From an uncultured delta proteobacterium (lineage in GTDB: Bacteria; Myxococcota_A; Polyangia; Polyangiales; JAFGIB01), in assembly GCA_963778655.1 (NCBI GenBank), contig CAVZVA010000008.1, forward strand, positions 144,939-208,938: a stretch of DNA of 64,000 nt, given 5' to 3'. Made by a program: the position numbers and the translations under genes. Under the pieces are notes generated by a model that had not been told where the DNA came from, made no database searches, and saw only the letters and a program-made list of their open reading frames with translations. Below are positions 1 to 11,500 of this stretch, piece by piece. The number at the start of each line of letters is the position of its first letter. Positions within the stretch are counted from its first letter, which is position 1.

Positions 1-182
1 AAGGTGCCGGCGCTGCCCGAGACCCCGCTCCCGAGCTGCGAGGCGCTTCCTCCGCCTCCGGTGCTCGGGCTGGTCGAAGGTAGGTTCCTACCCGTGTCTC
101 CGCTACCGCTGCTGCCGCACGCCAACAGAAGTCCGGTGCAGCAGCTCGCTACCATGAGCCTGCGCGACGCAGCTCCTCTCAT
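1..182 (-). CDS. Putative lipoprotein, N-terminal part (runs off the window)
   Basis: GGAGG then ATG at 182; MRGAASRRLMVASCCTGLLLAC-GSSGSG, i.e. a lipobox plus Ser/Gly linker; not in the ORF track. Confidence 0.65.
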   Translation of the reverse strand, partial: MRGAASRRLMVASCCTGLLLACGSSGSGDTGRNLPSTSPSTGGGGSASQLGSGVSGSAGT

Positions 183-366
183 CGCACCACCTCCGCATTC
201 CTGTGCAAACCACCACGGCTCACCTTAGCGCACAGGCCGCACCGTGCGCAGCCGTTTACAGCGTAAAACTCGTGCGCCACCCCGGCCGAAATGCGCCATG
301 GCCGCGGGCAAGTGTCCACGCTGCTTGCGCCGTGAGCGAAACGGACAACCACCGGTCCGCGTGCGC

Positions 367-1491
367 TCAGCACGTAGGCCGGCGCGAGGACCAGACGCTA
401 TTACTCGCGCCGGGAGGCGCTCGCGGGATCGACGGCTCGCAGGCCAGCGGGCGCGCGGGCTTGAACGGCATCTGCCAGGAGCACCACTGCGGCACGAAGC
501 GCGCGATCGCAGCAGCGTCGTCGATCAGCGTGGTCTTGAGCGCGAGCATGGTCGCGCGCGAGGGCTGCTCGCGCAGCAGCGATGCGAGCGCGAAGCGCAC
601 CATCACCCCGTCGAGCACGGCTCGGCGCCGGCCCGAGAGCTGCACGCGCGCGCTGAGCGCCTGCGCGGTCGGGTTGCCCAGCTCGCCCAGCGTGCGCAGC
701 GAGGTGTAGAGCGCGCTGCGCGCGCGCCAGAGGCCGGCGCGCCGCAGCGCGGCCTCGGCGTCGGCCTGCTGCAGCAGCAGCTGCAGCTCGAGGTACGACG
801 AAGGCGGCAGGTGATAGCCCTTGACGGTCTGGTTGATGCAGTGCACGAGCAGCGCGTCGGTGCGCTCGAGCACGAGCAGGCCCGGCGCGAACGTGCACGG
901 CTCGGCGCGCTCGAACAGCTGCTCGTGATCGATCGCCATGCGCGCGGGCTGCAGCAGCGCGTGGTGCAGGTCGAGCGCCACGCCGTCTTTGCAGAACTTG
1001 CGCTCGTGCATCAGCTTGCAGGCGCGATCTGCGAGGAAGCCGGCCGCGAGCAGCGCCTGCTCCGCGGCGCCGAGCTCGGCTTCCGGCACCAGCAGGTCGA
1101 CGTCCGCCATCGGGCGCGCGCCCAGCTCGCCGTACAGGCGCTCGAGGTAGTCTTGGCCCTTGTAGACGATCGCGCGCACGCCGGCCGCGCGCAGTGCCGC
1201 CGCCGCTTGCAGCAACACGCCGCGCAGCGGGAAGTTATTCGCCAGCGCTTCCATGTAGCGATGGATTTCGGCGCTGCCCGGCGCGCGCCCCGCACGGCGT
1301 GCCAGCACGCAGCCGTAGGCGCTCAGCTCCAGCTCCTCAAACAAGGACGCGTCGATCTGCGTCGGATCGATCGCGTGCTGGCGCAGCAGCGCGGACAGGG
1401 CATGGCGCGCGGAGGCCTTGGCCGGGTGCCCCTCATGACCTGTCTGGGCCCCTGGTTTTGGGCCCCCTATGAACTGCGACAGCGGATTCAT
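367..1491 (-). CDS. Nucleotidyltransferase family protein (NTP_transf_5-like)
   Basis: YKG...LY...RPMADVDLLV and LDLHH motifs; start uncertain. Confidence 0.75.
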   Translation of the reverse strand: MNPLSQFIGGPKPGAQTGHEGHPAKASARHALSALLRQHAIDPTQIDASLFEELELSAYGCVLARRAGRAPGSAEIHRYMEALANNFPLRGVLLQAAAALRAAGVRAIVYKGQDYLERLYGELGARPMADVDLLVPEAELGAAEQALLAAGFLADRACKLMHERKFCKDGVALDLHHALLQPARMAIDHEQLFERAEPCTFAPGLLVLERTDALLVHCINQTVKGYHLPPSSYLELQLLLQQADAEAALRRAGLWRARSALYTSLRTLGELGNPTAQALSARVQLSGRRRAVLDGVMVRFALASLLREQPSRATMLALKTTLIDDAAAIARFVPQWCSWQMPFKPARPLACEPSIPRAPPGASNSVWSSRRPTC

Positions 1492-1625
1492 CTACTGCTA
1501 CTAGAAACAATGGTAGCAGAAGAAACCGCTCTAGACGGAAGCTAGATTGCAATTATTCGTTATGTGTAGAATATGCAGAGGCCAGGACGTGCTTCTATCT
1601 AGCTGGGATCACTAGAGAAGCTCGA

Positions 1626-3104
<1,479 letters not shown>

Positions 3105-3187
3105 CGCGCAAGCCTAGGCGACCCCCACCCAAACTGCACGCCGGCCACAACCACGACTTGGGGGCGGGCGGCCGCAGCTCTGGGCCC

Positions 3188-3925
3188 TCAGCGCACGTTG
3201 TGCATCATCCGCGACCAGCGCAGGCCGTCTTCGCCGTTGGACCAGTAGATGCTGAGCGCCCTGCCTTTGATGCGGGTGACCGGAATCGCGCCGACCGCCG
3301 GGTTGCGGCTGTCGTTGCTGCTGTCGCGGTGGTCGCCGAGCACGTAGATGCAGTTGGGCGGCACGTGGACCGGCAGCGGATCGAAGGATATTCGCGAGGT
3401 GCTGGTGAGAAAGGTCTTTTCGCCGACCTTCGATTCGTACCAGTGGCATCTGGGGTTGAGCGAGCCGGTTCCGGTCTGGCAGCGCCCGACGTCGAGCCGG
3501 GGCAGCGGCTTGCCGTTGCGGTACACGATGTCGTCGTGCATCTCGATCACGTCGCCGCCCACGCCGATCACGCGCTTGACGATGTCGACGCCGTCGGCCG
3601 GGCTCTTGATGATCACCACGTCGCCCACGTTGGGGCTGCCCCAGTTGAGGTCGGCGTGATCGCGCAGCGGCAAGAACAGCCCGTACATGAACTTCGCCAC
3701 CACCACGCGGTCGCCGTTGAGCAGCGTCGGCTCCATCGAGGGTCCCTCAATCTCGAACGCCTCGAACAGGCAGGTACGGATCACCAGCGCCAGCAGCACC
3801 GCGCCGCCGATCGTGCGCAGGTTCTGCGAGATCTTGTCCCAGCGCGTCTCGTTCACGCTGGCGCGGGTGGCCGCGCTGCGCTCGGCGGCTTCGGCCTCAT
3901 CGGCGTCCTTGCCTGGTTGGTTCAT
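3188..3925 (-). CDS. lepB: Signal peptidase I
   Basis: TM segment, GPSMEPTL (catalytic Ser), IVKRVIG (catalytic Lys), GDHRDSSNDSR; start MNQPG at 3925. Confidence 0.92.
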   Translation of the reverse strand: MNQPGKDADEAEAAERSAATRASVNETRWDKISQNLRTIGGAVLLALVIRTCLFEAFEIEGPSMEPTLLNGDRVVVAKFMYGLFLPLRDHADLNWGSPNVGDVVIIKSPADGVDIVKRVIGVGGDVIEMHDDIVYRNGKPLPRLDVGRCQTGTGSLNPRCHWYESKVGEKTFLTSTSRISFDPLPVHVPPNCIYVLGDHRDSSNDSRNPAVGAIPVTRIKGRALSIYWSNGEDGLRWSRMMHNVR

Positions 3926-4509
3926 CCGTGTACCGTGGGACCGAGCGGGAGCCGGTCGGCGATGGCCGCCTCGCGCTCGGCCAGTGCGCACAGCCGCGCG
4001 CGGCTGTCGGCCGCCCCGAAGCACTCGGCCGCGAGCGACGAAAACAAGGTGAAGTGGCGTGCCTCGGCCGCCATCAGCCCAGCGTACAGGCCGCGCAGCG
4101 CGGTGTCGCGCAGGCGTTCGGACAGCAGCCGGAAGCGCTCGCACGAGCGGCCTTCGACCAGCGCCGCCACCAGCAGCCGGTCGAGCAGCGCCGGCCGGGC
4201 GTCCTCGCGGTCGCGGCGCGCCGCCGCGCGCAGCTGCACCACGTAGTCGTCGGGCCGCGGCAGACCCAGTCGCGCGCCGCGCGCGCGCAGCCGGCCCTGC
4301 ACATCGGCGAAGTGCCGGCTCTCCTCGCGCGCCAGCGCGCACAGCGGCTCGACGAGCTGGGGGGCCTCGCCGCCGTGGCGGCCGACCAGGCTCAGCGCGC
4401 TTTGCGCGGCCTTGAGCTCGCAGTGCGCGTGATCGCTGAGCAGCCCGTCGAGATCGGCTTCGGCGGAGTGTACCCAGGCCGGGTCCGTCGGCTTGAGCAG
4501 GCCGAGCAT
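3922..4509 (-). CDS. miaE: tRNA-(ms2io6A) hydroxylase, ferritin-like
   Basis: DHAHCELKAA, REESRHF, LLDRLLVAALVEGRSCERF, EARH. Confidence 0.9.
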   Translation of the reverse strand: MLGLLKPTDPAWVHSAEADLDGLLSDHAHCELKAAQSALSLVGRHGGEAPQLVEPLCALAREESRHFADVQGRLRARGARLGLPRPDDYVVQLRAAARRDREDARPALLDRLLVAALVEGRSCERFRLLSERLRDTALRGLYAGLMAAEARHFTLFSSLAAECFGAADSRARLCALAEREAAIADRLPLGPTVHG

Positions 4510-4609
4510 CTCAGCGCTCGCCGCCGCCGAAGGCGCGCTCGGCTGCGCTGGCGCGGCTCGCCCGAGATTCCGGGAGCGTCGCGGCTCGGTGTACCCTGCC
4601 TGCGAACAT

Positions 4610-5590
4610 ATGCGGCGGAACCTATTGGCAGCGGGCGGCTTGGTCAAGCAACGAGAGCCGGGGAGCGCTTCCCCGGCCCATATAAAGGCGACCCGTGGCA
4701 TTTTGGGACTGTGCGCCGCGCTGGTCGCGGCCTGCGCAGCCGCGCCGCTGCCGCCGCCACGCGAGCCCAGCTTCGGCCCGCGCGTGGCCGAGTGCATCGA
4801 CGTGCCGCGACCGCTCAATGACACGGCCCAGGCCCGCATGCTGGTGGTGGAGGCAGGACCGGCGGTCGAGGGCTCGAGCGAGCAGGAGCGCGCGCAGGCG
4901 CGGCTCGATTACGGCCCCGGCGGGCAGACGCTGTTCCGCGACGAGGCCGCGGCGCGGCGCGCCTACGTGGAGGGCTTTCGCATGGACAGGAGCCCCGTCA
5001 CCCAGGAGCTCTACGCCGAGTTCGTGGCCGCCTGCGGCGTGTTTCCCCCGGCCGCCGACACGCTCGACGCTGCGCACTGGCAGGCCCTGCGCAAGCGCTT
5101 CGGGCTGCGCCACGACTACGCGCAGCTGCAGCGCTTCCTGTGGAGCGACCGCAGGCCGCCGCCCGAGCGCGGGCGCCATCCCATGGTGCTGGTGAGCGCG
5201 GACGAGGCTGGCTTCTACTGCGCCTGGCGCGGCGCGCGGCTGCCGCGCGAGGACGAGTGGGAGCGCGCGGCGCGCGGGCCCACCGGCCGGATCTACCCGT
5301 GGGGCAGCCGCTTCGATCCGTTTCGCGTCGATGGCGCGCAGCGCGGAGACGGCGACACGCTCGAGGTCGGCTCGCTGCCGCAGGGCAACACGCCCGAGGG
5401 CTTCACCGACATGGGCGGGCTGGTGTTCGAGTGGACCAGCACCCCCTGGCCCGCCCGCCGTGGCTACCGCGTGGTCAAGGGCAACGGCTGGGACGGCCGC
5501 GGTGGCTACGGCCGCGGCGCCGCCCGCCAAGCCCGCCCAGCCGAGGCCAAGGACATCACCCTCGGCTTCCGCTGCGCCGCCGACCTGTAG
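4610..5590 (+). CDS. Formylglycine-generating enzyme (SUMF1/EgtB-like) domain protein, probable lipoprotein
   Basis: RLPREDEWERAARG, YPWG, DMGGLVFEW, GFRCA; LVAAC lipobox; start may be TTG 4703. Confidence 0.8.
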   Translation: MRRNLLAAGGLVKQREPGSASPAHIKATRGILGLCAALVAACAAAPLPPPREPSFGPRVAECIDVPRPLNDTAQARMLVVEAGPAVEGSSEQERAQARLDYGPGGQTLFRDEAAARRAYVEGFRMDRSPVTQELYAEFVAACGVFPPAADTLDAAHWQALRKRFGLRHDYAQLQRFLWSDRRPPPERGRHPMVLVSADEAGFYCAWRGARLPREDEWERAARGPTGRIYPWGSRFDPFRVDGAQRGDGDTLEVGSLPQGNTPEGFTDMGGLVFEWTSTPWPARRGYRVVKGNGWDGRGGYGRGAARQARPAEAKDITLGFRCAADL

Positions 5591-5722
5591 CCACGCGTCC
5601 CCGCACGTGTCCTCGCAGTCGTAGTCGTGATCGTTCTCGTAGTCGTAGTCGAACCGCAGTCGAACCCCCCGCCGCCGCCGCAAGCGTGGCCGCCGCCGCA
5701 CCCATCCGCTACGCTCCCCCGC

Positions 5723-6454
5723 ATGCGCATCCTGGCCTTCGATACCTCCTCGGCGATCAGCGCAGTCGCGGTGTGCGACGGCGATCGCGTGCTGGCGCAG
5801 GACGATTCGCCGGCCGAGGACGGCGGCAAGCACGGCGAGGTGCTGCTGCCGCGGATCGAGGCGGTGCTGGCAGCGGCCGGCCTGCGCTTGCAGCAGCTCG
5901 AGCTGATCGCGGTGGGCGTGGGGCCGGGCTCGTTCACCGGCCTGCGCGTGGGGCTGGCGACGGCCAAAGGGCTTGCGCTCGCCACCGGCATCGCGCTGCG
6001 CGGCGTGGGCTCGCTGCAGGTGATGGCGGCCGGGGCGCTCGCGCGCGAGCAGGCGGCGCGCGCGCTGGCGGTGCTGGACGCGGGCAAGGGCGAGCTGTTC
6101 GCGGCGGCGTTCGCGCGCGTGGCTGGGGCGCAGCCGCTGCAGCCGCTGCTTGCGCCGCAACGCATGCTGCCGCAGGCGCTCGCGCAGCGGGTCGCGGCGC
6201 TGGCGGCTGCGGGCGAGCCGCTGTGGCTGTGCGGCGGCGGGGCGCGGCGCGGCTTCGAGCAGCTTGCGGCCGTGCTGGGCCCTGGCGCGCGCTTGGTCGA
6301 GCCCGCGCTGGACCTGCCGCAAGGGCGCCACGTGGCGTCCGAAGCGTGGCGCGAATGGCAAGCGCAGGGGGCTTCGGACGTCGCCGCGCTCGAGCCGGTC
6401 TACCTGCGCGGCAGCGATGCGAAGCTGCCCGACGAGCCGCTTTCATTGGGTTGA
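5723..6454 (+). CDS. tsaB: t6A biosynthesis protein TsaB
   Basis: MRILAFDTSS, GVGPGSFTGLRVG, EPVYLR. Confidence 0.92.
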   Translation: MRILAFDTSSAISAVAVCDGDRVLAQDDSPAEDGGKHGEVLLPRIEAVLAAAGLRLQQLELIAVGVGPGSFTGLRVGLATAKGLALATGIALRGVGSLQVMAAGALAREQAARALAVLDAGKGELFAAAFARVAGAQPLQPLLAPQRMLPQALAQRVAALAAAGEPLWLCGGGARRGFEQLAAVLGPGARLVEPALDLPQGRHVASEAWREWQAQGASDVAALEPVYLRGSDAKLPDEPLSLG

Positions 6455-6526
6455 AGGGCCACGCGCGGGCGGGGCTTTGCAAAAGCCCGCGCGCGCGTTC
6501 TATGGTGCGCGCAAGGAGGGCTGCCC

Positions 6527-7012
6527 ATGCCGTCTTTCGACGTGGTGTCCAAGGTGCAGATGCACGAGGTCGACAACGCCGTGCAGCAGACGGCCAAGGA
6601 GATCGCGACGCGCTACGACTTTCGCGACACCGACAGCGGCATCGAGCGCGGCGACGAGGGCATCGTGCTGCGCAGCAACAGCGAGGGCCGGCTCGAGGCC
6701 GCGCTGCAGGTGCTGCAGGAGAAGCTGGTGCGGCGCAAGGTCTCGCTCAAGGCGATTGCACCCGAGAAACCGGCGCCCGCGGGCGGCAGCGCGTTTCGCC
6801 AGCTGGTCAAGCTCAACCAGGGCCTGAGCACGGACAAGGCCAAGGAAGTGGTGAAGTTCCTCAAGGGCACCGGGCTCAAGGTGCAGGCCGCGATCCAGGC
6901 CGACCAGGTGCGCGTCACCGGGCCCAAGCGCGACACCCTGCAACAGGCGATCGCCGAGCTGCGCAACTACGACTTCGGGGTCGAGCTGCAGTTCGAGAAC
7001 TATCGGGATTAG
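6527..7012 (+). CDS. yajQ: YajQ family nucleotide-binding protein
   Basis: MPSFDVVSKV...RYDF...QAAIQADQVRVTG...LQFENYRD. Confidence 0.95.
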   Translation: MPSFDVVSKVQMHEVDNAVQQTAKEIATRYDFRDTDSGIERGDEGIVLRSNSEGRLEAALQVLQEKLVRRKVSLKAIAPEKPAPAGGSAFRQLVKLNQGLSTDKAKEVVKFLKGTGLKVQAAIQADQVRVTGPKRDTLQQAIAELRNYDFGVELQFENYRD

Positions 7013-7060
7013 CCAGCACGAGGACGAGCCCGTGCACGAGCACGACCACGGCAGCGAGGG

Positions 7061-8473
7061 TCAGGCAGGGGTGGTCTTGGCGGTGCGGTAGAGGTGCTCG
7101 TAGCGCCGGGCGCTGCGCTCCCAGGATAGGTCGAGCTTCATCACGCGCCTGCGCAGCGCGGCGAACGCCTCGCGCTTGCCGAAGGCCGAGAGCGCCGCCT
7201 GCGCGGCTGACAACAGCGCGCTCGGGTCGCCCGGCTCGAAGGCGAAGCCCGAGCCGGTGGTGAGCGCCGCGTCGCAGTCGACCACCGCGTCGGCCATGGC
7301 GCCCGCCTTGCTCGCGATCGGCAGCGCGCCGTAGCGCTGCGCGCACAGGTGCAGGTCGCCGCGGCCGGGATCGAGCGCGGGCAGCAGCACGAAATCCGCG
7401 GCGGCCAGCGCGAGGTGCTGGATGCGCTCTTGCTTGCTGTCGATCACGCGCAGGCGCTCGTCGTACTCCTCGGCCAGCGCGAGCAGCGCGTCGCGCTCGT
7501 CCGCGGCGCAGTCCACCACCACCAGCTGCACGTCGTTGTGCAGCAGCGGCCCGGCGATCTCGCGCACCACGCGCTCGGCGCCGCCCGGGAAGCCGCCGCC
7601 GACGTTGACGACCAGCGGGGTGTCGGGACGGATCGGCAGCTCGAGCTCGAGCTGCAGCGTGTCCTTGCAGCGCGCCTTGCCGCGCAGGTCTGCGTGATCG
7701 AAGCGCGCGGGCAGCAGCGGGTCGGTGAGCGGGTTCCAGCGCGCGGCGTCCAGCCCGTTCAGGATGCCGAACAGCTTGTTCTCGGCGCCGAGCGCATCGC
7801 GCAGGCCCGCCTCGTGGCCGTCGTCGAGCAAGGCCTGGGCTTCGGTCTCGGAGCTGGCGACCACCCGCTGGGCCGCGGCGATGCCGGCGCGCAGCAGGCT
7901 GGCCCGCTCGCCTTCGCCGCACAGCACGCGCACCGCCTCGGGCGGGGTGAGCCCGGCGGGCAGCGCACGCAGCAGCCCTTGCTGGCGCGCGTCGTGCAGG
8001 GACAGCACGCGCACCGCCTGCGGCAGCGACTGCTGTACCAGCGGCAGCACGGCCGCCGCGAACCAGCCGTGCGCGTGCACCACCTCCGGCTCGGGCGAGC
8101 GCGCGCGCAGCGCCTGCTCCGCGGCCAGCGCCAGCACCAGCGCCGCCTCCGGCCCCAGCGCATCCTGCGCGAACAGCTCGGCCTGCCCCACGAACAGCAG
8201 CTCGACCCCGCCGGTGGTGCGGCCGTCGTGCAGCGTGCAGGTGTGGCGCGTGCCGCCGAGCTCGACCTCGACGCCGCTCAGCCGGCGCGCCAGGCCGCGC
8301 GCGGTGGGGTCGATGTCGGGCCAAAGCGGCGAGATCACCGTGACCTTGTGGCCGATGCTGCGCAGGGCCTTGGGCAGCGCGGCGCAGGCGTCGGCCACCT
8401 CGCCGCCGCGCCCGTAGGGCGTGATTTCCGGGGTGACGAAGGCGATCTCCACGGCCGCGGACCCTACACCCAT
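7061..8473 (-). CDS. Glycogen/starch synthase-like glycosyltransferase (GT5), divergent
   Basis: PEITPY-GGEVAD--ALPKAL, GILNGLD--WNP--D, QRYGALPI, SWERSARRY; canonical KxGGL motif altered; start 8473 or 8452. Confidence 0.8.
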   Translation of the reverse strand: MGVGSAAVEIAFVTPEITPYGRGGEVADACAALPKALRSIGHKVTVISPLWPDIDPTARGLARRLSGVEVELGGTRHTCTLHDGRTTGGVELLFVGQAELFAQDALGPEAALVLALAAEQALRARSPEPEVVHAHGWFAAAVLPLVQQSLPQAVRVLSLHDARQQGLLRALPAGLTPPEAVRVLCGEGERASLLRAGIAAAQRVVASSETEAQALLDDGHEAGLRDALGAENKLFGILNGLDAARWNPLTDPLLPARFDHADLRGKARCKDTLQLELELPIRPDTPLVVNVGGGFPGGAERVVREIAGPLLHNDVQLVVVDCAADERDALLALAEEYDERLRVIDSKQERIQHLALAAADFVLLPALDPGRGDLHLCAQRYGALPIASKAGAMADAVVDCDAALTTGSGFAFEPGDPSALLSAAQAALSAFGKREAFAALRRRVMKLDLSWERSARRYEHLYRTAKTTPA

Positions 8474-8587
8474 CCGCCCCGTGAAATGAAGCACTCGTTG
8501 CCCGGCCGGCAAATCCCACGCAGTATTGCCGGGTTGCGGCGGTCCGGGCAGGGCGCGCCGGGGCCGCGCGCCGGCGCGTCGAGATCG

Positions 8588-9547
8588 ATGTCCGACTCGA
8601 TCATCTCCATATATCCCGATGGCACCCCCGCGGTTTCTCGGGCGTGTGTGCTCGGGGCGAGCGGCATGCTGGGGACCGCGCTGGTGGCCGGCATGCTCAA
8701 GGCCGGCACCTCGGTCACGGCCTTCAGCCGCAAGCGCCGGCAGAGCGACCAACCCGGGCTCGGGCACTGGGACCCGGCCGCCGGCACGATCGAGGCCGAG
8801 CGGCTCGAGGGCTGCGACGCTGTGGTCAACCTGGCCGGCGAGAACCTAGGCGAGGGGCGCTGGAGCGCGGCGCGCAAGCGCGCGCTGTGGGCGAGCAGGG
8901 TGGACAGCACCGCGCTGCTGTGCCGCACGCTGGCGGCGCTGCGGCAGCCGCCGCGCGTGCTGGTCAACGCGTCGGCGGTCGGCTTCTACGGCGATCGCGG
9001 CGACACCGCGGTCGACGAGGAGAGCCCGCGCGGCGAGGGCTTTCTGGCCGAGCTGTGCGAGGCCTGGGAGGCGGCCACCCAGCCGGCAGCCGACGCCGGC
9101 ATCCGCGTGGTCAAGCTGCGCTACGGCGTGATCCTGACCCCGTTCGACGGCGCGCTGGCGCGCATGCTCGGACCGTTTCGTATGGGGCTCGGCGGGCGGC
9201 TGGGCAGCGGGCAGCAGCGCATGCCCTGGATCGCGCTCGCCGACGCGGTCGGCGCCACGCGCTTCGCCACGCGCCACCCCGACCTGGCGGGCCCGGTCAA
9301 CGTGGTGGCGCCCGAGTCGGTGACCAACCGGCAGTTGTGCCATGCGCTCGGTCGTGTGCTGCACCGCCCGGCGGCCGTGCCCGTCCCGGCCCTCGCGCTC
9401 AAGACCGCCTTCGGCGCGCAGATGGCGCGAGAGATGCTGCTGAGCGGCGCCAACGTCCGCCCCCGCAAGCTCGAAATCACCGGCTACCGCTTCGAGTACC
9501 CCCGCTTGGAAGACGCGCTGGAGGCGATGCTGGGAAGAGGCCGGTAG
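8588..9547 (+). CDS. TIGR01777 family NAD-dependent epimerase
   Basis: GASGMLG, AVVNLAGE, ASAVGFYG, LGGRLGSGQQRMPWI. Confidence 0.88.
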   Translation: MSDSIISIYPDGTPAVSRACVLGASGMLGTALVAGMLKAGTSVTAFSRKRRQSDQPGLGHWDPAAGTIEAERLEGCDAVVNLAGENLGEGRWSAARKRALWASRVDSTALLCRTLAALRQPPRVLVNASAVGFYGDRGDTAVDEESPRGEGFLAELCEAWEAATQPAADAGIRVVKLRYGVILTPFDGALARMLGPFRMGLGGRLGSGQQRMPWIALADAVGATRFATRHPDLAGPVNVVAPESVTNRQLCHALGRVLHRPAAVPVPALALKTAFGAQMAREMLLSGANVRPRKLEITGYRFEYPRLEDALEAMLGRGR

Positions 9548-9662
9548 GGTTCCTCGAGGCACCGCCTCGGCCCACACCCACCACGCCCCCCGGCACCAGT
9601 CGTGCGTCGTGGTCGACTCGCCTAGACTCACGTCCACGCCGAGCCTACCGCGCCTTCGCCCT

Positions 9663-10166
9663 TCAAACCGTGTCGTACTTCTTGCGTTGCTCGGCGAGGT
9701 CGGCTTCGAGCGCAGCGCGGATGGCGGGGTCGTGTAGCGCGAGGATGCGCGCGGCCAGATAGGCGGCGTTCTTGGCGCCGTCCACGCCCACGGTTGCGAC
9801 CGGGATGCCGGGCGGCATCTGCACGGTGGCGAGCAACGCGTCGATGCCCGCGAGCGCGCCCGAGGCCAGCGGCACGCCGATCACGGGCAGCATGGTTTGC
9901 GCCGCCACCGCGCCCGCCAGGTGTGCGGCCATGCCCGCGCACGCGATCAGCACCTCGATGCCGCGCGCGGGCGCTTGCTGCAGATACGCGCTCACGCGCT
10001 CGGGGGTGCGGTGCGCCGACAGCACCTTGAGCTCGCAGCCGATGCCGAGCTGCTCGAGCGTGGCCTTGGCCTTGTTCACGACCTCGAGGTCGCTCGGGCT
10101 GCCGGTCAGGATGCCGACTCGCACGGCGGCCGGCGCGGGAGGGTTGCGTGAAGCTGCGGTCGCCAT
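9663..10166 (-). CDS. purE: N5-CAIR mutase
   Basis: GSPSD, VLSAHRTP, AGMAAHLAG, QMPPGIPVATV. Confidence 0.95.
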   Translation of the reverse strand: MATAASRNPPAPAAVRVGILTGSPSDLEVVNKAKATLEQLGIGCELKVLSAHRTPERVSAYLQQAPARGIEVLIACAGMAAHLAGAVAAQTMLPVIGVPLASGALAGIDALLATVQMPPGIPVATVGVDGAKNAAYLAARILALHDPAIRAALEADLAEQRKKYDTV

Positions 10167-10269
10167 CAGGCCGGCGTTTGTAACCCGAATGCGCGGCGCC
10201 GGCCAGGGTGGGCGCGGCCCCCGGCCTTGCGCTCTTGCGCGCGCCCGCTGCGGCGGGCGTAAATGGGGC

Positions 10270-11181
10270 ATGCGCCGCCGCCCGCTGACCTCGCTCGCGT
10301 CCGTTTGTCTCGTGTGCTCGCTGGGTTGCGGCGGGCCGCCGCCGGCGGCGCCTGCGCCCGAGAAGGCGGAGAAGCCGGCGGGAACGGCGCAGACGGCGGC
10401 GACGCCGGCGGGGGAGGGGGCGAGCACGACTACGAGCACGAGCACGACGACGGGGGCGGGGCCGGGGACCGCGCCGGCGCCCGCGGAGCCCGCGCCGCAG
10501 TCCGCTACCGAGGAGGCGTGCGGCCAGATCATCGTGGTCTCGTACAAGGGCGCCGCGCATGCCAAGCCCGGCATCAGCCGCAGCAAGGACGCGGCCGCAA
10601 AGCGCGCGCAGGCGCTGCTCGACCAGCTCAAAGCCGGCGCCGACTTCGCCGAGCTCGCGCGCAAGGAATCCGACGCGCCCTCGAGCGCACCGCGCGGCGG
10701 CGAGATGGGCACCTATGCGCGCAACGCCTGGCCGCAGCTGCACTACGCGCTGCTCGGTCCACTGTTCGGCCTGCAGGTCGGCCAGACCGCGCCCGCGCCG
10801 GTCGAGGCCCCGTATGGCTACGTGCTGGTGCGGCGCTGCGCCGTGGAGAAAGCCCACGCCCGCCACATCCTGATCCGTTACAAGGGCGCCGAGAAGGCGC
10901 CCAAGAGCATCACGCGCACCAAGGCCCAGGCCAAGCAGCGCGCCGAAGAGCTGCTGCGCCAGCTCGACGCCGGCGCCGACTTCGCCACGCTCGCGCGCAA
11001 GGAGTCGGAGGACGGCTCCGCCCGGCGCGGCGGCGACCTCGGCATCCAAGCCCGCGGCGCCTTCGCCGCCCCCTTCGAAAGCGCCCTCTTCGCCCTCAAG
11101 CCCGGCGAGCGCAGCGGCGTGGTCGAAACCGAGTTCGGCTTCCACATCATCGAGCGCGTCGCCGACCCGGCGGCGCGCTGA
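10270..11181 (+). CDS. Parvulin-type peptidyl-prolyl isomerase, two rotamase domains, probable lipoprotein
   Basis: ARHILIRY, GADFATLARKESED-SARRGGDLG, ETEFGFHII; duplicated domain; LGC lipobox. Confidence 0.88.
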   Translation: MRRRPLTSLASVCLVCSLGCGGPPPAAPAPEKAEKPAGTAQTAATPAGEGASTTTSTSTTTGAGPGTAPAPAEPAPQSATEEACGQIIVVSYKGAAHAKPGISRSKDAAAKRAQALLDQLKAGADFAELARKESDAPSSAPRGGEMGTYARNAWPQLHYALLGPLFGLQVGQTAPAPVEAPYGYVLVRRCAVEKAHARHILIRYKGAEKAPKSITRTKAQAKQRAEELLRQLDAGADFATLARKESEDGSARRGGDLGIQARGAFAAPFESALFALKPGERSGVVETEFGFHIIERVADPAAR

Positions 11182-11303
11182 GCGAGCAGCGAGAGGTGCG
11201 GCGCCACGCCTCACGCTTCACATGAATCGTCACAGCCGCGCCACCCCGCAGCACCTGAGATTCCACACGAATTCCAGCCCCCGCCAGCCTCCCGGCCCCG
11301 ACC

Positions 11304-11331
11304 TTGACACCCAACCCCCCCGCGATATCTT
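11304..11331 (+). promoter_or_regulatory. Sigma-70-like promoter of tRNA-Asn
   Basis: TTGACA-N16-TATCTT, ending 11 nt before the tRNA. Confidence 0.6.
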
Positions 11332-11342
11332 TCGCAGCCCAT

Positions 11343-11418
11343 TCCGGAATAGCTCAGCTGGTAGAGCGGTCGGCTGTTAACCGATTGGTCGTAGGTTCGA
11401 GTCCTACTTCCGGAGCCA
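11343..11418 (+). tRNA. tRNA-Asn (GTT)
   Basis: TCCGGAA/TTCCGGA acceptor stem, D-arm AGCTCAGCTGGTAGAGC, anticodon loop CT-GTT-AA, GTTCGAGTC T-loop, encoded CCA. Confidence 0.98.
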
Positions 11419-11457
11419 TTTTTGCCCAAGGCGAACCACCTTGGGCGCCAGGTAAAC

Positions 11458-11500
11458 AGAGGGCCTCATCGGGATGACCGGCGAGGCCCTCTTCTTTTTC
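11458..11500 (+). terminator. Rho-independent terminator after the tRNA
   Basis: AGAGGGCCTC...GAGGCCCTCT stem followed by TCTTTTTC; a second hairpin GCCCAAGG/CCTTGGGC lies just upstream. Confidence 0.7.

Noticed and set aside
367..1620. Lasso-peptide/RiPP cluster suggested by the nucleotidyltransferase and radical SAM genes
   Set aside because: No cyclase, peptidase, PqqD/RRE or precursor nearby
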